Shown here piece by piece: positions 50,267 to 63,960 of a DNA stretch of 64,000 nt. The first letter of the stretch is position 1. Every line of letters begins with the position of its first letter. Source of the DNA: Vicugna vicugna (lineage: Eukaryota). The position numbers and the translations under genes are program-made. Under the pieces are notes generated by a model that did no database searches, was not told the origin of the DNA, and saw only the letters and a list, made by a program, of their open reading frames with translations. The DNA is taken from contig MU058718.1 in assembly GCA_013265495.1 (NCBI GenBank), positions 1,302,001 to 1,366,000 of the forward strand, in the 5' to 3' direction.

Positions 50267-53200
50267 TTTTTTTAACTTTTAATTTTCAAATAATTATAGA
50301 GTCACAAATTGCAAAGGTAGCACAGAGAGGTCCCCTGTACCCTTTACCATAGTTTCCCCCAATGGTCGGATCTAACGTAAGTACAAGCAAGACACCAAAA
50401 GCAGCAATTTGACGCTGATACATGTGAGCATAGTTCTGGGCATTTTATCACATGTGTGGATTTGTATAACCAGCACCACAGTAAAGATACTATTACACCA
50501 CAATAAAAACTCTCATCACATCCACTTTCCTCCTCTCCCTCTACCATCCCTAACCCAGGCCACCACTAATTGTTTTTCTATCTCTGTAATTTTATCATCT
50601 GAGAGTGTTATGTAAATAGAACCATATAAAATGCAATCTTTGGAGATTGTCTCTTTTTTTCACTCAGCATAATGACCTTGAGATCCATGCAAGTTGTTGT
50701 GTATATCAATAGTTTTTTTCCTTTTTATTACTGAATAGTGTTCTGTGGCATGGATGTATCATAGTTTAGCCATCCATCTATTGAAAGATATTTTGACTAT
50801 TACAAATAACTATGCTACGAACAGTCATATATAGATTTTGGTGCAGATACAAGTTTTCATTTCTCTGGAATAAATGTTCAGGAGTGAAATTTCTGACATA
50901 TATGGGAAGTATATGTTTAGTTCTTATAGAAACTTCCAAACTATATCTTAGCAGATATGTATTAAGAGATCTACTTTCTCTACATCCTCTCCAGCATTTG
51001 GCATTGTCATTACCTTTAATTTTAGCTGTTCAAATAGATGTATAGTGATATCTCATTACAATCTTAATTTTCATTTCCCTAATGATCAGTAATAAACATT
51101 TTTCATGTATGTATTCACTATTTCTGTGTCCTCTTCAATGAACTGTCTCTTTATTACTTTTGCCCGTTTTCTAATTGTATTGATTTTTTATTGTTGAGTT
51201 TGGGAGTTCTTTATATATTCTAATCCTTTGTCAGATATATTATTTGCATATTTTCTCCTAGTCTGTAGCTTGTCTTTTTATCCTCTTAACAGGGTCTTTT
51301 GGCGAACAAATATTTTAATTTTGATGAAATCTAATTTACTAATTTTTTTCTTTAATGGGTCATGCTGTTGCTATTATGTCTAAAAGCTCTTCATCAAGTC
51401 TGCCATCAAGAAGATTTTATCCTATGTTACCTTTGAAAAGCGTTATAGTTTTATGTTTTATATTTAATTTTATGGTCCATTTTGAGTTAATTTTCATGTA
51501 ACATTTGTGGTTTCGGTTGATATTTATTTCTTTGCCTACAGATATTCAATTGCTCTAGCACCATTTATTGAAAAGACAGTCATTCCTCCATCAAATTGCT
51601 TTTGCATCTTTGTCAATAATCAGTTGGCTATTCTTGTACAAGTCTATTTCTGGGTTCTCTACTCTGCTCCGTTAACCTGTGTGTCTGTCCTTCTTTCAAT
51701 ACCACATAGTGTTTATTGTAGCTAGATAATAATTCTTAAAATCAGGTAAAGTGATTCTTTTCTCTATTCTTCTTTTGCAAAATTGTTTTAGCTATTTTCT
51801 CTAGCTTTCTATATAAATTTCAGAATAATATTGTCTGTATCAACAAAATTTTTTTGACCAAGATCTTCATAGGGATTGCATTAAACATACATTAATTTGG
51901 GAAGAATTAACGTCTTTACTATACTGAGTTTTCCAATCTACAAACAAGGAATATTTCTCCACTTATTTAGATCTTCTTTGATTTCCCTCAGTTTTCAGCA
52001 TACAATTCCTATACCTATTTTGTTAGACTTAGAAACCTAGAAGTCCATTTGTTTTGAGTGACTATAAATGGTATTGTATTTTTAATTTTGGTGTCTATGT
52101 GTTCATTGCTAATGTACAGAGATACAATTAATTTTTATTTATCTTGTATCTTGCCTCCTTTCTGAACTTTCTCATTAGAGTATTTTCTTAAAAAGTTTCC
52201 TTTGAATTTTCTATGTAGACAATCATGTCTTCTGGAAATAGGGGAAGTATTATTTTTGCCTTTTATATCTGTGTGCTTTTTATTTTCTTTTATTGCCTAT
52301 TGCACTGTAAAGAACTTCTAGCACTGTGGTGAATAAGTGACAAGAGCAGACATCCTTCCTTTTTCCCCAGTCTTAGGAGGAAAGTATTCTGTCCTGTAAC
52401 ATTAAGCATAATTTTAGCTGTAGGTTTTTTGATAGATGCTCTTTCTCAAATTGAGGGTGTTCCCTCTGTTATTTTCCTGAAAATTTTTATCATGTATAGG
52501 TATTGAATTTTGTCAAATGCTTTTTTGGCACTTGTTGATATTATCATGGGAGTTTTCCTCTTAGCCTGTTAATATGGTGGATTACACTGATTGATTTTCA
52601 AATAATGAACCAGCCTTACATTCCTGGATAAACCCCATTTGGCATTGGTGTATAATCCTTTTCATATGTTGCTCAATTATCTTTGCTAATATTTTAAGAA
52701 CGTTGGCATCTATACTCATGAGGGATATTGGTCTATTATTTTTTGTTTTGTTCTGTTTTTTGGACCATTTTTATTTGTTTTTGGTTTCAAGGTACTACAG
52801 AGTTCATTGAATGAATTCAGAACTCCTTTTATTTTCTGGAAGAGATTGTGTAGAATGGATGCTAATTATTTTTTAAATATTGAGTAGAATTCTACTGTGA
52901 AACCATCTCGACCTGGAAGTTTGTTTGGGGGGTGTTTTAAAACTATGAACTCAGTTTCTTTAAAAGTTATAGGTCTGTTCAAATTATCTATTTCCTCTCA
53001 GCAAGCTGTGATAGTTTGTACTTTTCTAGCACATTTTAACTAAGTTGGTACACTTTATCTAAATTTATTTGTATAGAGTTGTTCATAGTATTCCCTTATC
53101 AGGGTCTATAGTGATGACCTTTATTTCATTTTTGAGCTTTGTAAATATATCTTCTCTCTTTTTTTCTTTGTCAGTCTTACTAGTGGTTTACCAGTTTTAT

Positions 53201-53300
53201 GATGTTTTTGAAGAACCAGCTTTGTTTGTCGATTATTTCACTATTGCTTTTCTTTTTTCAGTTTCATTGATACATTATCCTTCCAATTTCCTCCTTCTTC
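50267..53300 (-). mobile_element. L1MC-type LINE (3'UTR plus about 2.5 kb of degenerate ORF2)
   Basis: 3' end ttttcaaataattatagagtcacaaattgcaaaggtagcacagagaggtcccctgtaccctttacc...tttcccccaatgg; continuous antisense ORF2 motifs. Confidence 0.92.
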
Positions 53301-53329
53301 AACTTTGATTTCTCTCTAATTTTTATCTT

Positions 53330-54050
53330 CTAACTTTTTGCTCCCTGTTTTCTCCTACTCTTCTGATTTTTTCCACCTCTTTTTCTTTCTTTTGGATGAT
53401 TGAATATTTTTCTCAATCCTTCTTTCTTTTCTAATTTGGAGATGATATTTCATGTTTCAATTCTTTCATTGGTTACCCTAGAGATTTTTAACCTTAATTT
53501 TTAACTTGTAAGACATTTACTTTAGTCAGTATTTTAGTATCTTCCTGAATAATACAAGAATCTTGTAATACTTTATCTCTTGATGTTATTTTATCGTCCA
53601 ACAACAAATACTATTGTAATAATACATTTTGGTGCTCTCTTTTGTATAACCCTAAATGACCCTATTTCCATTGTTTTATATTCCCAACATTTGTTTCGGT
53701 TCACCCATTTATTGACTACTTTCCTTGCTGTTTATTTTTTCTCACGTCTAAGGCCTTTTATCTAGGAGTGCTATCACTCTGCTCGGGATACATCTTTAGA
53801 ATACCCTCTAATTAAGGGACTCTGGTATCAGACTTCCTCAGTCTTAATTTTTAAATATTCGTTTACTTTATCTTCATCTTGAAAGACAATTTCACGGAAA
53901 TAAAATTCTAAGGTTGAAACTTTTTTTCAGGACTTTGAATATATTTAATCTGTGGCTTCCATTATTGTTATGGGGAAGTCATCTGTCAGTCTATTTATTA
54001 TTCCTTTGAAAGAACTCCATATGTTTCCCTGGCTACTTTTAAGACTTCCT
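53330..54050 (-). mobile_element. Old L1M inter-ORF/ORF1 fragment
   Basis: tcttgaaagacaatttcacggaaataaaattctaagg...gaagtcatctgtcagtct...ctggctacttttaaga. Confidence 0.65.
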
Positions 54051-54054
54051 ATAT

Positions 54055-54570
54055 ACAATATCTGTCATTAACATATATGCCTCTAACAAAATAGTCTCAA
54101 AATGTACCAAGCAACAAATGACAGAACTGCAGAGTGAAATCAGTGAGCACTTTCAGCTGGAGGTTTTAATATATCCTTTTCAGGAAATGATAGATCAAGA
54201 TAGTTAACAAATAAGCACAGCTTTTTTGAAATTCCAAAACAATACAATTAGTAAGTGTTAGCTCCTAGATAATAGATATGTGTATATCATATGTACATAT
54301 GTGTATTTTATATGTATGTGTGTAATATATGTATGTGTCACACATATATGTAATCTATCCCAGCAAATAGATAATACTTGTTTTCAGGCATACATTGCTG
54401 CATTTACGGAAGTATACTTTATATTAAATCATTAAAAAGCCTCAGTAAATCAATATTATATAGACTGTTTTCTCAATACTGCAGTAAAATTATAAATTAG
54501 GAACAAAAGACAAGCTTAAAACCCCCTTAAATTTCAAAATTAAATAACAGAAAACTAGTTAACTCCTGGG
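54055..54570 (+). mobile_element. Old L1 ORF2 endonuclease-domain fragment
   Basis: attaacatatatgcctctaac translates to INIYASN...KQQMTELQSEI, similar to the L1 EN NIYAPN motif. Confidence 0.75.
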
Positions 54571-57500
54571 AATAGGGAAAGTAGTTCTTTTCTTTCTTCT
54601 TGCTTGTAGTTTATCGTTTTCTCACAGGATTTCTCATCTCTACGTGGTCTAGCCAGGAGCACAGTCTTAAACAGCAAGTGCTGTTGTCATTGGCATGAGG
54701 CTGCTTTAGTGGCAGATAACAAAAATAAGGATAATAATTCTTTACAGTTTGCTTGGGACAATGCTGGCTTATATTTATTGTCCTAGAATACATATTAATA
54801 AGTACCCATTTTCCCTGTCAAAAATGTCCTAGTTTGGTCACTCTAGTTAAAGCTGACTCCCCTTTTTTAGGTTCTTGCTAGTTATTCAAGAGATTCATAA
54901 GACTGGAGACCCCATGCAGTTCTATTTGGGGTGGATATTTGCAACTACTTCCACAGCATGTAGGAATCCACCTGTCTGTCTTCAGTTTCTTGGTACTCAG
55001 TTCCCCTGTCCCTCTAGCTACTTTTATTTTAAAAGACCCAAGACAACCTTTTGTAGCTTGCTGTCACATGTGGTTCACCTTTGGTTCATGAGAAACATTC
55101 ATGTATGTTTTTTCCCAACAAACTCTAGGACTATATACTAATTCACAGGCAGCTATCTCCATCCCATTGCTAAGGAGTTATTTTAACGCTCTCAGTGTGT
55201 GCTAGTTCTTCTGTGTTTCCCCAGATAAAGAATGTATTCAAAGCTCTCTGAGTAATCCCATGACAGTCCATCCTCACAAGACTGGAGGTAAAGGAGGAGG
55301 CACTTCCTAACCCTGGTGCAACAGCAGCCCTCTACAGTGGTATCATCCTGAAAACCCTCTTCATTACCCCCACCCCTTCATGTTTTTAATGTGATTGAAG
55401 GGAAATGACCTTTGGCAAGTGACCTAGAATTATAAAACTGGTACTTGACCATTTCATTTATAAAATCAATTAATTGTGGAAGCCTGTCTCATACTCATTC
55501 TGAATCTATGCTATTGATGTCTCAATCAAACTGATACACTGAGATCATCATTTTAGCAGACTGTTACCTACAGTATATTTTTCAAGAAAAAAATAATATT
55601 CATTGTAACCAAACAGGATCATCCTAGACATACTTCTTTATGATCTGTTTGTTACCATTAATAACATTTTGCAAACAAATATTATCTAAATCAATACATA
55701 CTTTCATCCAATATATACTGTCACTCTCCTAAAACATCAGTCTGAGTAACCCAGTCAATTCAAAAGTAATAATAACTTTTTTTTTCTCTTTAACAAGGAC
55801 TCTACTGAGGCTCAGCAAAGCCACACAGGAGAATTTCGTGCAGGTCCATACATGTCTGTGGCATATTTCACAGAGAGGTACCTCAAAAAAAAAATCTCAT
55901 TTCCATTACTGAGGGGATGGTGGTGGTGGCAGTGGCGGAGGTTATTTTTCTTAGCACCCAGAGGAGCCAGCTGCTCTGCTCTGACTCCCCCAGCTTCTGG
56001 CTTAGTACTATGCTGAACTATTCAAGGGTGGGACAGGGGAGAGGTGTGAGGAAAGACAGCAGTGGGACCCAACAAGCAACAGGACACGGCTTTGTCACTG
56101 TTAGAAAATGACTCGATGTTGTTACCTCAGAATAAAGCCACACCTGTTTCTACTGAGAAGAAAACAGACTTAGGGAACAAAATCTTGCCCTGATAAACCA
56201 CCCAGTGGAAATTTTTATTATTTTCTTGCTGAGTTGTCTTCTCTCGCCACCATCATCATCTGCAGTACAGACAGTGTGTTTTGAAAGAATGCATATCAGG
56301 TTTCGTATTCTAAAACCAAGTTAGAGAGGTGTGCTTTGGAAATTTCAAAATAAAGACCTAAAACAGATGCCAAATCAGTGAGACAAGAAATGTATTTAGT
56401 TACATTTAGTTACATTAGATCATCTTGCCCACCCCGCCCGGTCACGCACACACCCCAAATATCACTCAGTCTGTTTCCTCGTTCTGTCATATTTCCTAGC
56501 AACCGTTTGCTCCAAAACCATGTCTAAAAGCCACCCTCCATGATACAAAGTCCGACTTGAAAAAAGCTATTCTACTTGCTCATTTTACAGTACCAAGTTT
56601 GTGTGCAATCAGGAATGCCTTGTGGAGTTTTCTCTCTTTGCTCACTAGGTCTAGAAATAAAAGATGGTATATTCTTACCTTTCTTGTTAACTTTCCATCT
56701 TCCCAGTTCCCCTCATGAGACTTTTGTTTCACATCCTTTGTCCTTTCTGAAACCAGGTTTGCCCCTCCTTCAGGGGCTCTCCGAAGGCCTTTCTATCAAG
56801 CTTAGCTTTGCTTATGTAACATGTGTGTGAGCTGGTGAATTACACAGTAGTGAATCAACCCTATGTTTTCATCAAATAGCTCATTTGATCTACCTCTAGT
56901 CATTCTCCTTGTGTGCTGGCTCTGTGCAAGGGACAATATGGGACCAGACTGCAACCGAACGTCAGGGCATCCTGACCAGCTGAGAAGAGACGCATCCAGC
57001 TTACTCCTTCCGTAGATTATAGATTAGCCACAAGTGGTCTCCTGTCTGATAGGCCTGTGAGCTGGGTTTAGCCCAAATTCCTCAAAAAGGTTTCATTTTT
57101 GTTCCTTTGTTTTGTTTTTTTGGTAGATCAGAAAATAATTTAGTTTGATCTTCACCTAAAGTATTTTAGGAACTTAGCGTATGGAAAATGCTGAATGCCA
57201 GTCAATATACCTGCTTTTAACATAGGCTTTGTAATTTTGTAGTTTTGCAAATCACTGGCTTTGCCTCTTTTTTTTTAAAAAAAGTGAGGCTGTGGTCGGT
57301 GACCAGCTACTTTATACACGATTTTAATGCCTTTTTAAAGTGAGTTCCTTGTAATACTGGTTCCCCATGATACTCATAGACACTACATCAAAAATTGATT
57401 TTGTGGTTGCATAAGTAAATAGGCTTTAAAAAACACTAGTACTCATTGGATGGTGGTGGTTGGTGTATGTGTGGGAATGCTAGGGAAGATAAGTAGCAAT

Positions 57501-57904
57501 TCTCAATCTCCTGGAACTTTTTTCTCCAGAAGCCTCTTGGGGGATTAGCATTCTGTGGAACATACTTTGGGAAACACTAGCTTGCACCATGCTCATGGGT
57601 ACCAAGAAAATGAGAATAAATGTGCTTAAATAAGTGATAAGTACTACATCCTAATGATAATAGATTAGAGCATTTATGAATGTCCTTGGTGTTGTATATT
57701 CTTTTTCTAAGAATTCAAATTTCAGGATCTTTATCACTGTTTCCCTCTCTGTGTTTGGGTGTGCACTGGAGGTGTGCCCTTTGAAGCACAGAGCAGGTGA
57801 GTAGTTTCATTTCCCAGAAACAGGGTCTGTATTCCTCCCAGTGGAATGGGAGCCACTCCCCACCCCTCAGGTGCTCCTAGGCTGGAGTGGACATCAGTCC
57901 TCCA

Positions 57905-58005
57905 CAATTCAGCCCTCATGCCTGGGAATTCTGATTCAGTAGGTCTAGGGTGGAGCGTGGGCACGTGGATTTTACAAAACACCTAGATGTATTTTTTATG
58001 TGAAC
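57905..58005. mobile_element. MER5A fragment
   Basis: aattctgattcagtaggtctagggtggagc...ggattttacaaaacacctagatg. Confidence 0.7.
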
Positions 58006-58263
58006 TCCCATCTGTTTAGATATTTGACAACTTATTAAGTTAAATTAATTGGGTGCTCTTAACCCAGTGAAAGGTGTTATTTATACTTTTTTTCATATGG
58101 CAAATAAATTTCTATGAAAACACAATATTAAAGGCATTTAGAAGTATTCGTATTCCTTTAGACACTTTTTTGGGGGGTAATTTTCCATGTCTTAATATTT
58201 CTTTTTCCCTCACAGTGTTTCCCTGCTGCTTTCCGGATCTGTCTGCCTCTATTCACTTCCCTG

Positions 58264-58267
<4 letters not shown>

Positions 58268-58307
<40 letters not shown>

Positions 58308-58313
58308 TGCACA
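58268..58313. repeat. (TG)n(CG)n alternating purine-pyrimidine tract
   Basis: tgtgtg...tgtgcgcgcgcgcatgcaca. Confidence 0.95.
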
Positions 58314-60699
58314 CCACACGCGCCTGCCTGCCTTTGTCTCCGTGGCTTTGCCTCCTGCAGCCACATGCATGTGGAGTCTCCATCAGCTCAGCTGGGCTTC
58401 TCTCAGCTTCCTGCAGTTTACACAGGTGTCTGGCTCTGGGGGCCGTGTGGTCTGTTTCCTCCAATCCTTGCAGGCCTCTCTGGCATGCATCGCCTCCTCC
58501 AGCCCATGCATTCTGTCTGTCTTTCCTCTGTCCCACAAGGACAGGAATGCCAAAGGCTGGGCCAGACAGATGGTTTGGAATCCTGATAATGGGTGTGCCC
58601 ATGGAGAGCAACCTCCTAGAAGAGTCCATGGTGCTTTGCACAGCAGGGACAGGAAGAAGGGGCTGCATTGTTTTAAAAAGGCTCCTTGTCACCCAACCTT
58701 ATTGCCTCTTCTCCATCTCTCGCCTTACCTCCTTTCATGCTTTCCTCATTTTCAAGCAACTTCCTCCTTTGTTTTGTTGCAATTGGACTTTTTTCTCCTT
58801 TCTTTTTTTTTAAATCTGTCCCTCTCTTTTAAATTCAAGTGTTTTTCCTTTATGGCCTAGAAGTTCAAACCATTCAACTGGAAATGCACTGCTGGAACAG
58901 ACCTGAGGATGTGAAATTTACACTAGGATGATTTCTCTGTTATTCTCCGAAAAGGGGCTAGAGGTACCCAGGTCTGTAGAGGTCTTTCCCATCAAATGCA
59001 TCACTTGTATACAAATAATATAAATCTCAGCAAGGCTCTTTTCAAGAATTTACTCAGACAAAGTACAAACATGAATGTGTGCTCTGGAGCATTGGGCTGC
59101 ACCATAGGAAAGTGAATATCCAGGGGAGAGAAAAAAACTCTAAAAATATTTCTAGACGAGGATGTTGCTGGAACTCTGGAAAGATGTTTATTTGGGGGGA
59201 ATCGCTATGTGAATGAGCTGATCTGACTCACGGAGAGTTGATTCTAATGCAGAATGTGATAAAGGACAGGCACCCTACGGTTTCCTGTTGAATAAACTTG
59301 GATGAACTGAATGGACAAGGCATGAGAGGCTCTGGAATCCTTGTGAAGTTCCTGATTTAGAAACAATTGAGAAGTCCGCATCTGAGAGACGATAAATATA
59401 AGGAGTAGGTAAAATGTTGTCACATTAATGCTAACAGCTTCACAGAAGCCTGATACTGTTTAGGGAAGGAGGATCTCTGGGTGGAAATGCTAAATATCTA
59501 AAGAGAGACACAAAGGAAATGGCTCTTAACTACAGCCCATCCAAAGAGTGTTAAAGTGTCCTGCTACCACACTACATTCTCTCTTCCCACTTTTCTTTTC
59601 TACAGATTATTTTCCCCTCCCCACTCTAGGATTTGGCTATATATGACTCTAGTGCTTGCTTATTAACCTGGGTTAAATAAAAGCATTTTAGATTTTTCCA
59701 GGTAAAATCTTCACCTTTGAAGGATGGGGGCGCATGTAGTTGTCAAATTTGCAGTTTTGCGGAATTCAATTCTTAGTTCAGTAATATCTTCAAGGTTGCA
59801 AAGTGTTGCTACTTGCCAATTCTAAAATTTAATGTTCCACTTTCCTCACTTGACTTTTATTTCTTTACGATTTCAGCTGAAGCCTTCCTTTGTGTGTGCT
59901 TGTGTCTGGAGGGCAGCTCAAGGAGGACTTCCTAATTCTGTCAGGGTACTGGCAAGCTTTCCCTTAAGACAACAGGCCCTCAAAGTCCTCCCCGCCTCGT
60001 GGGATTCTGGCGGGTGCAGCGCACGCCTTAGAGTATTGTGAAAGGCATATTTTTAGCAGTTACAGATAATATTTTTATTTAAAACACTTAACCTCTTTAA
60101 CTGGCTGAAGCAGTATTGAGGGCAGCTCTAAGATATTTGCTTATGCTCCAAGGGCTTCACCTGCATAATTGTGCCATTCCAATGAATCATTTTGAGACTA
60201 AAATTTCCAACTTCGGCTGACATTTCCAATGTGTGAACATCTAGAAAGAATCTTCAATGCCAAGTGTTCAAAAGCTTTTCCATGAGTACTTGTTGGAGCA
60301 CAGTTTACCCAGGTAGAGAGTCTTTGAAGAGCAATGTATGAGGACAAACCACAGGCAGTTAAAGAGGGAAGAATGTGTCACACACTTGGTTTTTCCATCA
60401 GAAACCCCTCCAGTTGGACAGAAGTCAGAGTCTACAGCTGAGAACAGTGACTCCCAGGACTCACTCCGACCTCTGGAACCAGGGTGTCTGGGAGTGGGCA
60501 GTGGGCGTTTCAGCAAGCCTCCCGGTGGTTCTGACGGGTGCTCAGTGTAGGAGACAGGAACATGGACCACCTCAGATTTGGGAGGCTCTGTGTGCAGAGC
60601 TATGCAGGGACAGTTTAATGGACTTTGAAATTCTGTCCCGTGGTTCCAGGCCACTGAGCTGTGGTCTTTCCCAGAGAATTACCATTTTGCTGGAGTGGG

Positions 60700-60866
60700 A
60701 AAAGTTAGGAGTTCACATTCTAAGCACATGATAGTGGAAAACACCTGTGGACACTCATGACAGAATGAGATAAAACACTATTATAAAAATGTTTTTGATC
60801 TTGAGGACATCTTGAAAGGGTCCTGGGGACCCTTAGGTTTTCTTGAACCACACTTTGAAATTGCTG
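60700..60866. mobile_element. MER58-like hAT-Charlie relic
   Basis: tttgatcttgaggacatcttgaaagggtcctggggacccttagg...accacactttgaaattgctg. Confidence 0.7.
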
Positions 60867-61339
60867 TTTAATACAAAGAGCTATTTGTATCCAGAGCATT
60901 CACCAGTTGGTTAGGCAGAATCATTCAGACAGTTACTCTCAGTGTAATTTCTAATCATTTTATATGTATCAGTCTTCCTTTACTTTAGATTATAAACATC
61001 TCTTATGTGTATATTTGTTCTCTGTAGTATCTGATTTTAAGGCTGAACACTGTGTCCCTGTTAGGTACAGAAATGTACAAATAGTAACTTAATAATTATG
61101 GTCAGATTGATAGTTCTTAGGTATAACTCTTTGCAAAAAGAAGGACCATTGGATCATTTCTGGTCATACTACAGGTATAATTAACCAAGATAGTTTACTA
61201 ATAGAAAATTTTAAAATAAAAATTTTTTATTTAAAAAATAGAATTCTTGGGATAGAAATTTTTGTATTATGTTTATTTTGATTTTTAAAACTTTTAATCA
61301 TTGAATAGAATGAATTTTATCTGATGTTGTTTTCAGCTT

Positions 61340-61575
61340 AGTAGTCAACCCTCTGTTCCTAGTCCCAGAATACATGGATTTAAATCCCAGTTCCAACAAT
61401 CAGCTGTGTGAACTTGAATAGATTTTTCACACTATGTTTGGTTTCCTTAGCTATAAAATATGAAAAATAACAATATTTACTTCTCATAGGATTCTTGTGA
61501 TGCTGGAATGAGATAACACTTTTAGGGTGCTTAACATGGTCTCTGCACATGGCAGATGCTCAAACATTTGTTGGA
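61340..61575 (+). mobile_element. MIR SINE relic, near full length
   Basis: aaatcccagttcca...agctgtgtgaacttgaa...gtttccttagctataaaat...ctcatagg...gcacatggcagatgctcaaaca. Confidence 0.8.
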
Positions 61576-63344
61576 CAAATCATTGTTGGAAGAACTCTGA
61601 GTGAATATTGTTCATTTTATGAATTCCTCTTTTTAAACATGATTGTCATCGACTGCATTACAAAATCATTTTTGGAAGATTGGTTCTGTGTCTCTTTTCT
61701 ATTTAACCCTCTACTATTACCTTTGCTTCAGTTATTTTTTATGTACTTTTTGAAGTGTTTCACATCTGGGCCTTGGAATGTGTATATGATGTGTTTTTCA
61801 GGTAAAAACATCAATTATCAGAGCAATGTACGCAGCCACCCTCTGCCCCTGCACTTCTATTCTGAGTCCCCAAATTAAGTAAACATATTGTGATATTATT
61901 ACAGCTTCCTCTGAGTTATTGCTTTCTTATATTAATAATAATCTTTTGGGGATTGTGACCTAGGCTTTTCACAAAGCACCCATTTTGGAGATGTTTTAGG
62001 TACTAAGTTTGCCTTAAAATTTTTCCAATCTGTGTCTTCACTTTAAAAATGAAAATTAGCTAACAGTCTGTCATGAGACCTTTCCCTCTTCTACAACTGT
62101 TCTCACTCTCTCCACACCTGACATTAGGCACATGTGCCTGAGAATGACCCTTGGTTTCTTCTATGACTCATTGTTAATCATTATAAGGAATAGCTCCATC
62201 AGTTCATAAATTTGAAGTAAACTCAATTTCCCACACAGTCTGTCAGATGATCATCAGCACACTGTTTGGGTTGATTCATAAGCTCTTAAACTCCCATTAT
62301 TTGGAGGAGATTTGGGGTATATTGACAAACAAATTTGCACATTTTAGGTTTGTTCAAACAAGGCCTACTCTGTCCTCCAGCATACATAAGTTGACCTTCT
62401 GCAGGCATCTAGTTCACAAACTAAATATTTAAACTCTGAGCCCATTAAGTAAGTGCAGTTTATCCACCTCTCATGTTATAATGAGACTATGAATTTGGAA
62501 GAATCTTGCTCAGTGTAAAGTCAGCATTGCCTCCTAAGAATCTACTGTAAACCAAGGTCACTTAGCTGGGGATTGCTATAAACATATACAAATCCCCCAA
62601 ACAAGGGCATGATGTTAAATCACAGGGAGTTGAATAATTTTAAAAATGCATAGCATCCTTGTTCTGTGAGGCAGAAATCATTTACCCAGGCATTCTTGGC
62701 ATATTTACTTTTCTAGAAGAACTTTAAGATTATATTGTAAATTAAAAGAAAAGCCACTCATGACTTTATTGTAACAGCACGTCTTGTCATTTGTGCAGTC
62801 TCCTCTCACAGAGCGCAGGAAGTTTTTCATGTAGGTTGTTTTACCTGTGTGAATAGGACTTTGGCATTATGCTTTTATGGGCTCCTTGTGTAATATTTTA
62901 AATTTTTTTATTTTTATCCCTGAAATAAAACATAAATCATATTGACCACATTAAGGTGTGATGCAAGTTCATCTCGTCAATTTTCTTACCCCTTAAAAAC
63001 TGTTTTAAAAAACCAGTGTCCTAGTTGCCCATGGAGATGAAAGTATAGACGTTCAAATGAACTACTTGAAATTACTTGAATCATTGTGAGCCTTTTGAGA
63101 ATTTATTAGGTGGGGTCCGGAGAAGCCCTTAGGGTAGGGCTAACTGAGCCCCATTAAGCCTTCCAAGGGTCCTGCCTGAGGCCCACGTACGACGTGGGGT
63201 TTCCTCAGTAGCTTTCCTCTTCTCTCTGTGAACCCCAGGAACTTCCCTGCCTACTTCCTTCCAGTAGTTCTTTCCCCTGTCTTATACATGGCAAATAACT
63301 ACTCAGCCTGTTCTTTTAAGGATTTCCCTAAATCTAAATAATAA

Positions 63345-63960
63345 TTATACCACTGTCCCTTGATGTATCAAGATAAAATATTATCTGTCTGTCTAAAACA
63401 AAGTGTAGATAAACCACAGTTCCCTGCTTTCTGTCCTGCTCTGCAGAGGCCACTGTTTTAATTAATTTAATTTCTTCAGTGGTTACCTCCATTCTCCTAA
63501 ATAATATATTTATATATCTGTTTCTTGACTTGTCAACATTAGACACGATCTCTTGACTCCCTGCTGTAATAGATACGGATTTGGTTCTTTCATACTTAAT
63601 CCCATATTTCCCTTCTTGCTCCTGATAATAGACTTACTTCACAATTTTAATTCCTTTGTTTTTCATTTTTACTTGAATCTGTGTTTCTGGTTCCATCTAT
63701 GATGTGGTATCCCTTGACTCCCACATTGTATGGAGAGGATGTTCCCATCCTTACCCTGCCTTCCATATTCCTTCCACATTCTACCCCCCATCTTCTCTCC
63801 AGCATATTTGACATTACCAAGGCAGATGCTACTCTGCAGGCATGATTATTTTCTATGTTTTAGTGAAAAACAAAACTTCAGATAAGTTATTTGTATGTAA
63901 GTTTCACCAGAGAGCCAGTACTGTGGGATGATTAATTTTTTTTCTTAGTGATTTTCCAGT
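63345..63960 (-). mobile_element. Old L1ME-type fragments
   Basis: cctgctctgcagaggccactgtttttaatt...tctcctaaataatatatttatata resembles an antisense L1ME 3'UTR. Confidence 0.5.

Noticed and set aside
58074..58860. Five overlapping 70-195 aa ORFs
   Set aside because: Driven by the (TG)n(CG)n repeat (VCVCVC/HTHTHT) and local composition; no coding signature.
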